Of a DNA stretch of 64,000 bases, positions 45,798 to 55,110 are shown piece after piece. How positions within the stretch are numbered: position 1 is the first letter of the stretch; each line of letters opens with the position of its first letter. The notes below the pieces were generated by a model that was not told the origin of the DNA, did not search any database, and saw only the letters and a list, made by a program, of their open reading frames with translations. The position numbers and the translations under genes are program-made. Location of the stretch: positions 1-64,000 of IMG/VR virus record IMGVR_UViG_3300037116_000299. One strand, given 5' to 3'.

Positions 45798-46564
45798 TAC
45801 GCCGCCTTTACTGCCTGGTCCCTGACAAGATACGGGAGAGGCGAACTGACTGTTGGTTCGGAGATGCGACGAAGAACTTCCTCCTCGATCGTCGAGGCAA
45901 GTCCTTCCTTGGTTGAAGATTCGTAGATGTCCAGCACAAAGGTGCGGGGCAGAGGTTTCAGATACTTCAGGTAGGCATTCTGGATCGTCCGCTGAGGCTC
46001 AACGTCGTTCCAGGTCTTGCCGTCCTGCTTGCCGGCCTCGCCGCCGCGCCGGGCATTGGCCCGCGCCAGAGCCCAGGAGATATCTTCCTCACGGTGCATG
46101 CCGCGGGTAGGCGGCGGATAAGGAACGAAGATGTGAGGGCCGCGCGCCACCATCAGAATGGTCAGGTCCGGGATGATGCCAAAGTTCAAGGCATAGGTAT
46201 CCATCGTCCACTCAGGAGCCTTGCGGGCGGCCGCGGCGCCGTACGCAAACTGAGAGTCTGCATACCGGTCGCTGATAACCACCTTGCCTGCTTCAACCGC
46301 ATTGGCGATGTCGCCTGCATTCTGAATGTGGTCAGCCAGAAACAGCATGTCCGCAACGCCAGGATGCATTGCATGGGTCGTAGGGTCCGTAAACAGAAGT
46401 GAACGCACCCCACTGCCGATCAACGAGCCCGACCGCGCATCGCCCGGTTCCTTGGTGTTGACCACGATGTAATCCCGAGCCTGCAGGGTCTGGGTCAGCA
46501 GTCCTACCTGCGTGGACTTGCCTACTCCATCGATGCTTTCGAAGGAAATGAATAAGCCTCTCAA
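45797..46564 (-). CDS. tmk: thymidylate kinase
   Basis: FISFESIDGVGKSTQ, TKEPG, ISDRYADSQFAYG, PDLT. Confidence 0.9.
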   Translation of the reverse strand: MRGLFISFESIDGVGKSTQVGLLTQTLQARDYIVVNTKEPGDARSGSLIGSGVRSLLFTDPTTHAMHPGVADMLFLADHIQNAGDIANAVEAGKVVISDRYADSQFAYGAAAARKAPEWTMDTYALNFGIIPDLTILMVARGPHIFVPYPPPTRGMHREEDISWALARANARRGGEAGKQDGKTWNDVEPQRTIQNAYLKYLKPLPRTFVLDIYESSTKEGLASTIEEEVLRRISEPTVSSPLPYLVRDQAVKAA

Positions 46565-47079
46565 GCGCTCACCTCCGGCTGCTGCTTCTTGATGACCATG
46601 GCCAGATCGGCCGGTGAATAGGTGTCGGGCTTGATGACCTTACCGTCTTCCCGCTTGTGGATGGTGCCATCGGGCCAGACCTTGCTCAGGTTCGAGCGCT
46701 GGACTTCGTCCCAGGCCGGCGGAACATACAGGCCAATCGCATTGGCGGCGCCGTAGGTGACAACCAGGGTGTCGGTGATGGCGTCCGCCATTTCTACCAG
46801 ATCAGGTTCGACAGTCTCATCGATCACGACGTGGGGACCTGCTCCCTTATTCAAGGCTGGAACGTCACAGCCCGCCGCGTGAACGAATTCCAGTGCCTCT
46901 TCAAACATCAGGCGGGCGCGGAGCAGGAGAGTATCCCGGTCGGGGATGCCTGGAAATGGGCGGATCTCCTGGTCGTAAAGCGTCATCAGCACGCCGATGT
47001 CGCCTTGCGGGTTATAGGTGCGAACCGCCGCGATGTTCTTGGCTACTTCGGGGCCATACGTCAAAACTGTCGTGTTCAT
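46561..47079 (-). CDS. MazG-superfamily (DR2231-like) dUTP/NTP pyrophosphohydrolase
   Basis: RLMFEEALE, EMADAITD..V.YG, EVQRSNLSK, REDGKVIKP. Confidence 0.85.
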   Translation of the reverse strand: MNTTVLTYGPEVAKNIAAVRTYNPQGDIGVLMTLYDQEIRPFPGIPDRDTLLLRARLMFEEALEFVHAAGCDVPALNKGAGPHVVIDETVEPDLVEMADAITDTLVVTYGAANAIGLYVPPAWDEVQRSNLSKVWPDGTIHKREDGKVIKPDTYSPADLAMVIKKQQPEVSA

Positions 47080-47093
47080 GCCTATCCTTTGGG

Positions 47094-47363
47094 TTATGCA
47101 AACTCTTTTACCGGAGTTGGTTCTATGCTGGTGTCCTCGATCAGGCGAATGATGTCACAGCCCTCATAGGGCCAGGGCATTGGGTTCCCCGGGTATCGAC
47201 TGTTGTAGCGATTCAAGTTGTCAGCCACCATGGTCAGGTGCGATTTGAGCGTCGCCCTTCTCCACACCTTGCCTGTCTTGTTGAAAGGTGGACGCGTGCC
47301 GCCTCCTGAGAAGAGTCCGTCGCTGAAGCGGCGGATCATGTAATGGTTCCTGTCAACAGCCAC
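47094..47363 (-). CDS. phage hypothetical protein (GLFSGGG..F..GKVW..LKSHL)
   Basis: Pattern typical of small phage proteins. Confidence 0.6.
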   Translation of the reverse strand: MAVDRNHYMIRRFSDGLFSGGGTRPPFNKTGKVWRRATLKSHLTMVADNLNRYNSRYPGNPMPWPYEGCDIIRLIEDTSIEPTPVKEFA

Positions 47364-47365
47364 GT

Positions 47366-47767
47366 CTATCCTTTCGGCCGGGTCCAGGTGCGCAGAACGC
47401 CATCGGCGGCGCACCAGGCTTGAAACAGCGCGGTCACCCGCTGCCACAGAGGGCGGTCGGTCAGATCTACCACCGAGCCTTCTTCCGTGATGATGAGGTC
47501 GTAACTGCGCAGGAGAGCCTGCAGCAGCTTCATCTCGACGCCCATACCGGACTTGTTCAGGGTCTCGAGAATCAACCCTGCATCGGTCAGGAAGAGCGTC
47601 TTGGTGCCTGGGCGGGTGTAGGCGTAGAAGGTGAAGAACTCACCGTTCCGATCCTCGAACGCGGTCACGAACTTGACCGCGTTGTTCAGATCGACCTTTT
47701 CCACCTTCAGGCTGGCGAGCACGTGTCCAAGAGCTTCCTGGACCTGCTTCACATCCTTTGCGGTCAT
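47366..47767 (-). CDS. DUF1828-like protein
   Basis: TAFEDRNGE..Y..LTDAG..L..L. Confidence 0.6.
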   Translation of the reverse strand: MTAKDVKQVQEALGHVLASLKVEKVDLNNAVKFVTAFEDRNGEFFTFYAYTRPGTKTLFLTDAGLILETLNKSGMGVEMKLLQALLRSYDLIITEEGSVVDLTDRPLWQRVTALFQAWCAADGVLRTWTRPKG

Positions 47768-48030
47768 ACGTCGAGCTGGCGAACGGAGTCGAGGCTCAGC
47801 TCGGCATTGCCAGTGTGAAACGCGTGGTCGAGCTGCTCTGCCTCGGCGGCGGGCATGGCAAAGCGCAGGGTGACTACCCGTACTGAACCATTCGGCTTGA
47901 GAGCGGAGAGTTGTGAATCCGCAACGATGACCCTGTCCTTGAACAGATCGACACCATTGCCGTAAACCGCGTTGACATTCAAGCGGACCAGATTGTTTGT
48001 GCTGCCCATTGTGTTGCCTTTCGGAATCAT
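47764..48030 (-). CDS. hypothetical protein
   Basis: In operon. Confidence 0.55.
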   Translation of the reverse strand: MIPKGNTMGSTNNLVRLNVNAVYGNGVDLFKDRVIVADSQLSALKPNGSVRVVTLRFAMPAAEAEQLDHAFHTGNAELSLDSVRQLDV

Positions 48031-48035
48031 AGAAG

Positions 48036-48079
48036 TGGTGGGACGGGATCCAGTTTTACCCGGACCCCCTCCTCCACCA
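48036..48079 (-). other. long imperfect hairpin downstream of nrdJ
   Basis: mRNA UGGUGG..GGGGUCCGG-GUAAAA-CUGGAUCCC..CCACCA. Confidence 0.65.
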
Positions 48080-48094
48080 AAGCCACGACGCGCT

Positions 48095-50968
48095 TTACGA
48101 ACAGCCGGTCGTTGATCCGCACTCCATGCACTTGAAGCAGGATCCGTTCCTCACCGTCAGGGCACCGCAATCAGGACAGGCTGGGGAGTCCGAAGACGCC
48201 AGGCCTGTTGATGTGGTGGGAGCTGCTGAGACCGGCGCCGTCGCCGGCTTGGTCTCGAACAACACACCCTGTTTGGACTTGAGGAACTGAAGCTCCAACC
48301 ACCGGGCCAGGTAGTCCATGATGGACTTCGCGTAACCCAGATCGGCATTTCCTGTCCAGCCGCTGGGATCAAAACCGGTATGAGCCAGCTTCGAACACAG
48401 GGTTGTTAGAGGAACGCCATGCTGCAGTGAGAGGGAAAAGACCAGCGCAAATGAATCCATGAGCCCGGAGAGGGTAGACCCTTCCTTGGCCATGGCGACA
48501 AAGATCTCCCCAGGCTGACCGTTCTTGTACAGACCGACGGTGAGGTATCCTTCATGCCCGGCAATGGAGAACTTGTGAGTGACGGCAGGCCGGGTGTCCG
48601 GAAGCCGGTGACGAACCGCGTGCGGCGGAGCGTTCAGATCGTCCAGGACAGCTGCCACAGCCGGCAACCCTGCCAGAATGTCGCCAGCGGTTCCAGGCTC
48701 TGTCTTGCCCTTGTCCTTCTTGGTGGTGAGCACCTGGTTGGTCTTGGACCCGTCGCGATAGATTGCCACGGCCTTCACGCCCATCTTCCAGGCCTGCAGA
48801 TACGCCTCGGCAATGTCTTCCACCGTTGCGTCGCTGGGCATGTTCACCGTCTTCGAGATCGCGCCCGACAGGAACGGCTGCACTGCTGCCATCATCTTGA
48901 TGTGACCAAGATAGTGGATGCAACGCGTACCCTTTTCTGGCTTGAACGACGTGTCGAAGACAGGAAGATGCTTGGCCTGCAGCGTGCTTCCCTCCAGCGA
49001 ACCGTTCTTGTCGATGTACTCGATCAACTCATCCACATGGGCTGGGTTGTAACCCAGCTCACGCAACGCCGCTCCAACCGTCTCGTTGACGATCTTCATG
49101 ACACTGCCGCCGACCAGCCGCTTATACTTCACCAGGGCCAGCTCGGGCTCGATGCCGGTGGTATCGCAGTCCATCATGAAACCTATCGTGCCCGTGGGCG
49201 CGAGAACGGTGACCTGAGCATTGCGATAACCGGACGCCTTGCCCTGGCCGAGGACCTTGTCCCAGACCTCGGCAGCGCTGTTGAACAGAGCCGCGTTGGG
49301 TGAGCCAGAGTCGGACACGAACTGCTGCGCATGTTTCCTGTGCAGCTTCATGACTCCCAAGAAGGAGTCCTTGTTGATGAAGTATCCCGGAAACGCACCG
49401 GAGCGCTTGAGTTTACCGCCGCCGGCGGCAACACAGTGTCCTGTATGCAGCTCGTAGTCATCGATCAGCTTTTCACCTGCCGGAATCAAGGCAGTCATGG
49501 TCTCGGCAATCTTGCCCGAGGTCAGGTAGGCCTGGCCCGTCATCAGTGAAGTGACGGCGCCGGCGAATGCGCGACCGATCTGGCTGTCATACGGTTCGCC
49601 CAGGGCCATGAGAAGGGCACCCAGGTTGGCGTAACCCAGTCCAAGCGGACGGTAGTCATGCGAGTTCTTGCCGATCGTTTCCGTCGGGTACCCGGCGAAG
49701 TCGATCAGGATGTCCTGCGCCAGGATGAAGATCTCGACGGCGTGCTTGAATGCAGCCACCTTGAAATTGCCATCCTTGTCGATGAACTTGAGCAGGTTCA
49801 GGCTGGCCAGGTTGCAGGCTGAGTCGTCCAGGAACATGTACTCCGAGCAAGGGTTCGAGCTGTTGATACGGCCCGACGTCTTGCAGGTATGCCACAGGTT
49901 GATGGTGTCGTCAAACTGCATGCCGGGATCGCCGCACGCCCAGGTGGCTTCGGCAATCTTCGTCAGGACAGCGCTGGCATCCAGGCTGTCGACTGGAGCA
50001 TTCGGATGTTTGACCCCGAAGGTGTTATACCGCTCCTTCTTGGCCGCACGATCCATGAACAGATCGCTGACCCGAACCGAGTTGTTGGCGTTCTGGTAGA
50101 AGACGGAGGTATAAGCCTCGCTGTCCGGACCGCTGGTCCCGTCATAGCCCATGGCCATCAGGGCCTGGGCCTTCTTGTCTTCCTTCAGCTTGCAGTCGAT
50201 GAAGTCCAGAATGTCGGGGTGCTCGACGTTCAGGATGGCCATCTTCGCCGCGCGCCGTGTCTTACCGCCCGACTTGATGACGCCGGCGAAGGCATCAAAC
50301 CCACGCATGAACGACAGCGGACCGCTGGCCTTACCTCCGCCCGAAACGGCTTCCTTGGAAGAACGCAGCGAGCTGAAGTTGGTGCCAGTACCGCTTCCGA
50401 ACTTGAACAGCATGGCTTCGGTCTTGGCCAGGGCCATGATGCCTTCCATGCTGTCTTCGACGCTGTTGATGAAGCAGGCCGAGCACTGCGGAGTGGTGTA
50501 GCCGGTGGCCGCATTCTGAATCGCGTGCGCCTCCGGGTTCCAATGCCAGCTGGTGGCCTGAGCGTTGGGCTCGTAGCGGTCGCACCCTACGTTGAATTCC
50601 ACCGGCGAGTTGAATGCGCCGTACTGGTTCAACAGCAGATAGGAGAGTTCATGCGAGAAGATCTTGGCATTCTCCACATCGAAGTAGTTCTGCTTCAGAC
50701 CCGACGCGGTGATGCTGTCCACCACACGGCCGATCAGCTGATCGACTCCGCTCTCACGGGCCGGCGAACCGAGCTTGCCGTGGAAATACTTGCTGGCCAC
50801 GATGTTCGTTGCCGACATCGACCAGCTCTTGGGGACGCGGACCTCCTTCTGTTCGAAGATGGTCTCGCCCTGGGAGTTGGTCAGCGACGCAGTGCGCGTA
50901 TCCCACTCTATCTGTTCGGAAGGCGAAGCGCCTGCAGTGCTAAAGAAGCGCTGTACTTGGATAGTCAT
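48095..50968 (-). CDS. nrdJ: class II (B12-dependent) ribonucleotide reductase
   Basis: FNSP, PQCSACFI, GGKTRRAAKM, SNPCSEY, APTGTI, SGAISKTVN, YRDGSK; TSCPD domain and C-terminal CPDCG/CMECG. Confidence 0.95.
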   Translation of the reverse strand: MTIQVQRFFSTAGASPSEQIEWDTRTASLTNSQGETIFEQKEVRVPKSWSMSATNIVASKYFHGKLGSPARESGVDQLIGRVVDSITASGLKQNYFDVENAKIFSHELSYLLLNQYGAFNSPVEFNVGCDRYEPNAQATSWHWNPEAHAIQNAATGYTTPQCSACFINSVEDSMEGIMALAKTEAMLFKFGSGTGTNFSSLRSSKEAVSGGGKASGPLSFMRGFDAFAGVIKSGGKTRRAAKMAILNVEHPDILDFIDCKLKEDKKAQALMAMGYDGTSGPDSEAYTSVFYQNANNSVRVSDLFMDRAAKKERYNTFGVKHPNAPVDSLDASAVLTKIAEATWACGDPGMQFDDTINLWHTCKTSGRINSSNPCSEYMFLDDSACNLASLNLLKFIDKDGNFKVAAFKHAVEIFILAQDILIDFAGYPTETIGKNSHDYRPLGLGYANLGALLMALGEPYDSQIGRAFAGAVTSLMTGQAYLTSGKIAETMTALIPAGEKLIDDYELHTGHCVAAGGGKLKRSGAFPGYFINKDSFLGVMKLHRKHAQQFVSDSGSPNAALFNSAAEVWDKVLGQGKASGYRNAQVTVLAPTGTIGFMMDCDTTGIEPELALVKYKRLVGGSVMKIVNETVGAALRELGYNPAHVDELIEYIDKNGSLEGSTLQAKHLPVFDTSFKPEKGTRCIHYLGHIKMMAAVQPFLSGAISKTVNMPSDATVEDIAEAYLQAWKMGVKAVAIYRDGSKTNQVLTTKKDKGKTEPGTAGDILAGLPAVAAVLDDLNAPPHAVRHRLPDTRPAVTHKFSIAGHEGYLTVGLYKNGQPGEIFVAMAKEGSTLSGLMDSFALVFSLSLQHGVPLTTLCSKLAHTGFDPSGWTGNADLGYAKSIMDYLARWLELQFLKSKQGVLFETKPATAPVSAAPTTSTGLASSDSPACPDCGALTVRNGSCFKCMECGSTTGCS

Positions 50969-51002
50969 TCATGTCCTCTTAGTGAAAGGTTAGGGGGGAA
51001 TT

Positions 51003-51020
51003 CCTGATCCGGGGATCAGG
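51003..51020. promoter_or_regulatory. perfect inverted repeat CCTGATCC-GG-GGATCAGG upstream of nrdJ
   Basis: Seen directly; function unknown. Confidence 0.5.
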
Positions 51021-51038
51021 TGAAGTGCTTACTTGCGA

Positions 51039-51353
51039 CTAGCTGTTGAGGAAGGCCGCGATGGCCTCAGCTAAGTGGCGCGAGAAGATGTGGGTTGCGA
51101 TCGGCGTGCTGGCGCTGCCATCGTGATCGCGCAGCAGGCACTCGTCTCCGACCTGCTCGACAACGACCTTGCCTGTATAGGCCTTCTCCTGGCGGGCAAA
51201 GCCCAAAGCCAGGCCGGCACGTACCTGGGCTCGTCTCTTCATAGCCCGGAGACGTGCTGCCTCTGCTTCAGAAGGAGGAATCAATGTGTGGACAGACAGC
51301 TCACCAACGTCAGTCCATCCAGATCCGGAAACCCATTCACGGTGTTGAGGCAT
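51039..51353 (-). CDS. hypothetical protein
   Basis: TGATG coupling. Confidence 0.6.
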   Translation of the reverse strand: MPQHREWVSGSGWTDVGELSVHTLIPPSEAEAARLRAMKRRAQVRAGLALGFARQEKAYTGKVVVEQVGDECLLRDHDGSASTPIATHIFSRHLAEAIAAFLNS

Positions 51354-51535
51354 CAGTCCTCCTCGTCGTCTTCATCCAGGTCGTGACCGGAGTCTTCCGG
51401 CACTCCCCCGACCTCGAGGTAATCCTCTTCCTCGCCGACGATGACCAGAGTGAGACCGCCCTCGTCGACGGCGATCTCCTCGTCTCCACTGCGGCCCTTG
51501 AGCCACTCACGCAAATCACGAATACTGGTTGCCAC
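51353..51535 (-). CDS. small acidic protein
   Basis: AAGGAG SD; D/E-rich. Confidence 0.65.
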   Translation of the reverse strand: MATSIRDLREWLKGRSGDEEIAVDEGGLTLVIVGEEEDYLEVGGVPEDSGHDLDEDDEED

Positions 51536-51675
51536 TAGTTCTCCTTTTCATCGGTCGATTCGCAGGTGTGATCACCCATGCAATCTGCACAGAGGCCGTC
51601 ATCCCCACACTCAGGACAACTCTGAACTTCAGAGTCTTCGATCTCTTTAGTGCAACGAGAGCAGTTAGTCTTCAT
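51535..51675 (-). CDS. 46-aa Cys-rich zinc-finger microprotein (CSRC..CPEC..CADC..HTC; not in ORF track)
   Basis: GGAG SD; TAGTG coupling to the next gene. Confidence 0.65.
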   Translation of the reverse strand: MKTNCSRCTKEIEDSEVQSCPECGDDGLCADCMGDHTCESTDEKEN

Positions 51676-51680
51676 GGGCG

Positions 51681-52781
51681 CTAGTTCTCCTCTTCGTCCG
51701 TTGTTCCCTGCTTGAACTTCAGGGTGTTGATGTCGTCTGCCTTGTCCAGCTCGCCCTCGCGCGAACCCAGATAGACCGGCTGATACAGCGAGCCACCGGG
51801 GTAGGCATAGAGATAGCGAACCTCGATCAGATCACCCTCGTTCGGGATACCAAAGTTGGGGAGGATGGTGACGTTGCCGACACCCACCAGTTCCTTGCCG
51901 TTCTCCATACCCAGCACTACGCTGCGCTTGCCATCGTTGATGGAACGCACGAAGCAGGTGCAGCTCTGAACGAACTTGAACTTGAGCTGATTACCACCGC
52001 TATTCGGGCGACCAGGGACGTAGGGCGCGCCGCGGCGCTTGAATACCACGCCCTCTGCCCGCTGCTCACGAAGCCGATTGTAGGCAGAGCGTTTCGACTC
52101 CCGGCCGCGGAAGGTGAAGACCCTGCAGACCTGGGGATACGGCGCCATCTTGTCCTCGGTATCGAAGAAAGCCGACAGAGCGACCTCGCGCGAGACAACA
52201 TCTTCCTGAGTGAGATCCTGGCCATGAAGCGACAGGATGTCGAACAGGAAGTAGGTGTCGCCAACGGCTTCGCCATCGAGGACTGCTGACTTGTCGCCGA
52301 GACGATCCTTCAAGCGCTGTTCGATGAAGGTGGAGATCGGAACGATCAGGCCCTTGCGGTTCGAACCCGTGATCACTTTGTTGGCAGCCTCGGTCATCAG
52401 CCGGACGCCGTCCTTCTTTTCCTGCATGATCCAATCGTCGTCTGCAATCAAGCGCTCAACCATATCCTCGTCGATGGCATTGAGCAGCTGGGGCACACGG
52501 CCGGATACCTGGCCGGCAAGCTCGGTGCCTGCGTAGGGCGTGCCGTCTTCGCCAGGGGTATAACCCTTGGCGGTCTTCTCAGCAACCAGCTTGAGGTAGA
52601 TCTTCTGGGCCTTGTCCTCGTCGACCGGACTGGCGGTCTTGGTGCCGGTCTGTAACGTAGAACCGCGGCGGCCGTATTGGAAGTTGACGACGAATCCGCC
52701 ATCTGCCTTCTCAATTTGAGCGTGATAGACCTTGTCGCTACCACCGTCACGGTAGTAGAGACTCGTTGTTTGAACTGACAT
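51681..52781 (-). CDS. WGR-domain ATP-dependent DNA/RNA ligase
   Basis: SDKVY..QYGRRG; QEKKDGVR; LDGE; FDIL; EGVVFK; KFKF; short OB-like tail. Confidence 0.85.
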   Translation of the reverse strand: MSVQTTSLYYRDGGSDKVYHAQIEKADGGFVVNFQYGRRGSTLQTGTKTASPVDEDKAQKIYLKLVAEKTAKGYTPGEDGTPYAGTELAGQVSGRVPQLLNAIDEDMVERLIADDDWIMQEKKDGVRLMTEAANKVITGSNRKGLIVPISTFIEQRLKDRLGDKSAVLDGEAVGDTYFLFDILSLHGQDLTQEDVVSREVALSAFFDTEDKMAPYPQVCRVFTFRGRESKRSAYNRLREQRAEGVVFKRRGAPYVPGRPNSGGNQLKFKFVQSCTCFVRSINDGKRSVVLGMENGKELVGVGNVTILPNFGIPNEGDLIEVRYLYAYPGGSLYQPVYLGSREGELDKADDINTLKFKQGTTDEEEN

Positions 52782-52795
52782 GATTTCCCTTCCTT

Positions 52796-53410
52796 TTATG
52801 TGAGTAGTTTGATTCCAGGCGCTTCGAGGCGGGCCAACCCTTCCGGGGTAGTCAGCAGGGCGTTCAATCGATCACGCAGGACCTCGATCTGATCGACGAT
52901 CCGCAACAGATTGGCCCAGACGTTGTCGGTATAAGGCAGGTGGTAGCGGTTCTCGTCATGCTGCCAGTCCGCAGAGAGCACGTGGAGTGTGAAGTCCCGG
53001 CCGGCGAAGTAGTGAGCCTCAGAGATCCAATCCTTGCGGGCCTTTTCCTGGTCAGGAATCGGATCACCCTCTTCCAGCTCTTCTTCCCATCGGTGTTCCA
53101 CCCAGTCGTCGTTGGCCTTCTTCGCAATCCAGCTGCGATCGAGAGTGAACCCCACGAACGAGCGTTCCTGACAGGCGAATGGCTTGAGCTGGTTCACCGT
53201 GATGATCGGCTGCCATTGCAGATCGTGAGTTGCCAGGATCTGATCATGGGCAAGCCGCCGCAGCTCCTCAATCGAGGGCTTGCGAAAGGTGGTACCGCCC
53301 AACACAAAACAGAAGTCGGCGCGGTTCTTGTCAAAGCAGAGAGATACCCTGACACCCAGCCTATCGAATCGGTAGTCCTCAATGTGCTGAGGTTTAGCTG
53401 CACGTGCCAT
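52796..53410 (-). CDS. hypothetical protein
   Basis: In operon. Confidence 0.7.
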   Translation of the reverse strand: MARAAKPQHIEDYRFDRLGVRVSLCFDKNRADFCFVLGGTTFRKPSIEELRRLAHDQILATHDLQWQPIITVNQLKPFACQERSFVGFTLDRSWIAKKANDDWVEHRWEEELEEGDPIPDQEKARKDWISEAHYFAGRDFTLHVLSADWQHDENRYHLPYTDNVWANLLRIVDQIEVLRDRLNALLTTPEGLARLEAPGIKLLT

Positions 53411-53797
53411 CTAACCCTCCGTCCCCGTAAGAGCCATTGCAACTCCCGCGGCCGCCTTGATGGCATGCCGCTTGCGGAAATGGAGTGGGGACTTCTGCTC
53501 AACCCGCCGCAGTTCGCGCTGGGTTTCCTCGTCGAAGTCCAGATCACAGGTGTCACAGAGAGCAAGGAGCGTAACCCCAATGCCTCCCATTTCCTGATAC
53601 ACCATGCCAACCGGCCGGCTGTAGACACGCTCGACCAACTTCAAAGCATCGTCCTTGGTCACTTCCAAGGCCTGGTTCAGCTCAAGTGTCTCTTCGAGGA
53701 ACCGTTTGGCGCGTTCCTGGCGCGAGTAATATACCGAAGCACCGAAGCAGTTGATGACCCAGTGACGAATTCGAGTCGTCAGTCCTGTCAAATCCAT
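53411..53797 (-). CDS. MazG-like nucleotide pyrophosphohydrolase
   Basis: W..FG..ERAKRFLEETLEL..QEMGG..TL; TAATG coupling. Confidence 0.7.
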   Translation of the reverse strand: MDLTGLTTRIRHWVINCFGASVYYSRQERAKRFLEETLELNQALEVTKDDALKLVERVYSRPVGMVYQEMGGIGVTLLALCDTCDLDFDEETQRELRRVEQKSPLHFRKRHAIKAAAGVAMALTGTEG

Positions 53798-54846
53798 TAC
53801 GCGGCACTCCTTTGGCTCCGGATCCCCTGGACCCGGTTGCATATCTTATGAACGGAGGCGACCGCGGCCGACAGCTGCAGGCCCGTCTCCGGGGTATTGT
53901 GATCGGTCAGTTCATGAATGAACTCGGCCAGCAGGTCCGCGCGAGACGGCGGACAGTTGGCTTCCAGCAGCTTCTTGCGGAAGAACCCGCTCAGAATGAT
54001 CCGGATATCCGCACCATCCCGCGGCTCAGCGCCCTCGAGCAACTCGCGCGCCTCAAACCAGTTGCCCTGGATCACGGCGCCGCACAGCTTGCCGACGTTG
54101 ATCTTGCCGGAGATCGTAGGAATGACGGCCGACTCTTCCGGGGTCATGCCTTTGGCCAGGTTCTCCACGGCCGTGACGATGTCGCCTGGCGCGTTGATAC
54201 CGCGACCGATGAGCAGCGCTTCGAGCTGGGCCAGGTCGGTATCTTTCCAGCCGCCTTGGGGCTCGGCGTGCGGCACGACCTTGACGATCAGGTCCTTGAC
54301 CTCCCAGGGCATCAGGCCTCCCAGGACATAGCGGGCAGACATGCACCGCTTCATCAACTCGGCGCGCAGCTTGGTTGGATCGCTGGTACAGAACATGAAG
54401 AGGTTGTTGCCGTCCGGACTCTCCACCGGCTTGAGCAGGACGCTCTGGGCGGCCGTGTGCATCGCCTGGCACTCATCGAAGATGAGCGAGCGGAAAGAGC
54501 CGTACGCCGGCGCGTAAGGAAGAATCGCCAGCATGTCCCGGATCTCATCCGCTGATCCTTCTGCGGCACAGTTGCGATCCAGGATCTCCATGTCCGCTTC
54601 GTGGGCCAGGCAGTCGTCGCAGGGCTCCCCAAAGGGAGCATGCTGACAGTTGACCGAGACCGCAATGATCTTTGCCAACGTGGTCTTGCCCCCGCGGGAC
54701 ATGCCCTCAAAGAGCATCGCCGTGGGCACACGACCGGAGGAGAACTGATTGCGCAACTGGTGGATGACGTTCTCGTAACCGACCACTTCGCTGAAGCGGC
54801 GGGGGCGAAGGGCAGCACTGAGATTGCGTGTGATTTCCTGGATCAT
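53797..54846 (-). CDS. dnaX: clamp loader large subunit (DnaX gamma/tau-like)
   Basis: LRPRRFSEVVG, GGKTTLAKI, NC..PCDDC, FDECQ, LLKPVE, KRC. Confidence 0.88.
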   Translation of the reverse strand: MIQEITRNLSAALRPRRFSEVVGYENVIHQLRNQFSSGRVPTAMLFEGMSRGGKTTLAKIIAVSVNCQHAPFGEPCDDCLAHEADMEILDRNCAAEGSADEIRDMLAILPYAPAYGSFRSLIFDECQAMHTAAQSVLLKPVESPDGNNLFMFCTSDPTKLRAELMKRCMSARYVLGGLMPWEVKDLIVKVVPHAEPQGGWKDTDLAQLEALLIGRGINAPGDIVTAVENLAKGMTPEESAVIPTISGKINVGKLCGAVIQGNWFEARELLEGAEPRDGADIRIILSGFFRKKLLEANCPPSRADLLAEFIHELTDHNTPETGLQLSAAVASVHKICNRVQGIRSQRSAA

Positions 54847-54849
54847 TTG

Positions 54850-55110
54850 TTACTCCTCATTCGAATCTGGCCGGGTATCCAGATGACAGCAGTTCCGGCA
54901 TTCATAGTGGCCATCGCCCTTACAGTCGTTCCAGTCGCCCAGCTGATGCGGCCGCGGCGAGTAGGAAGCGCAAGGCATCTCTGGATCCCGGTTCCCCGGA
55001 ACTCCTACAGGTTTGCGGCGGTCCGGTGAGCCTTTCGCCCAGCGGCGGTAAGCGAACAGCGCCACCCGCTTCCAGAACGACTTGAAGCTCAGATCGAGTG
55101 TCAACGTCAT
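54850..55110 (-). CDS. small Cys/His-rich protein
   Basis: PC..CKGDGHYECRNC. Confidence 0.6.
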   Translation of the reverse strand: MTLTLDLSFKSFWKRVALFAYRRWAKGSPDRRKPVGVPGNRDPEMPCASYSPRPHQLGDWNDCKGDGHYECRNCCHLDTRPDSNEE

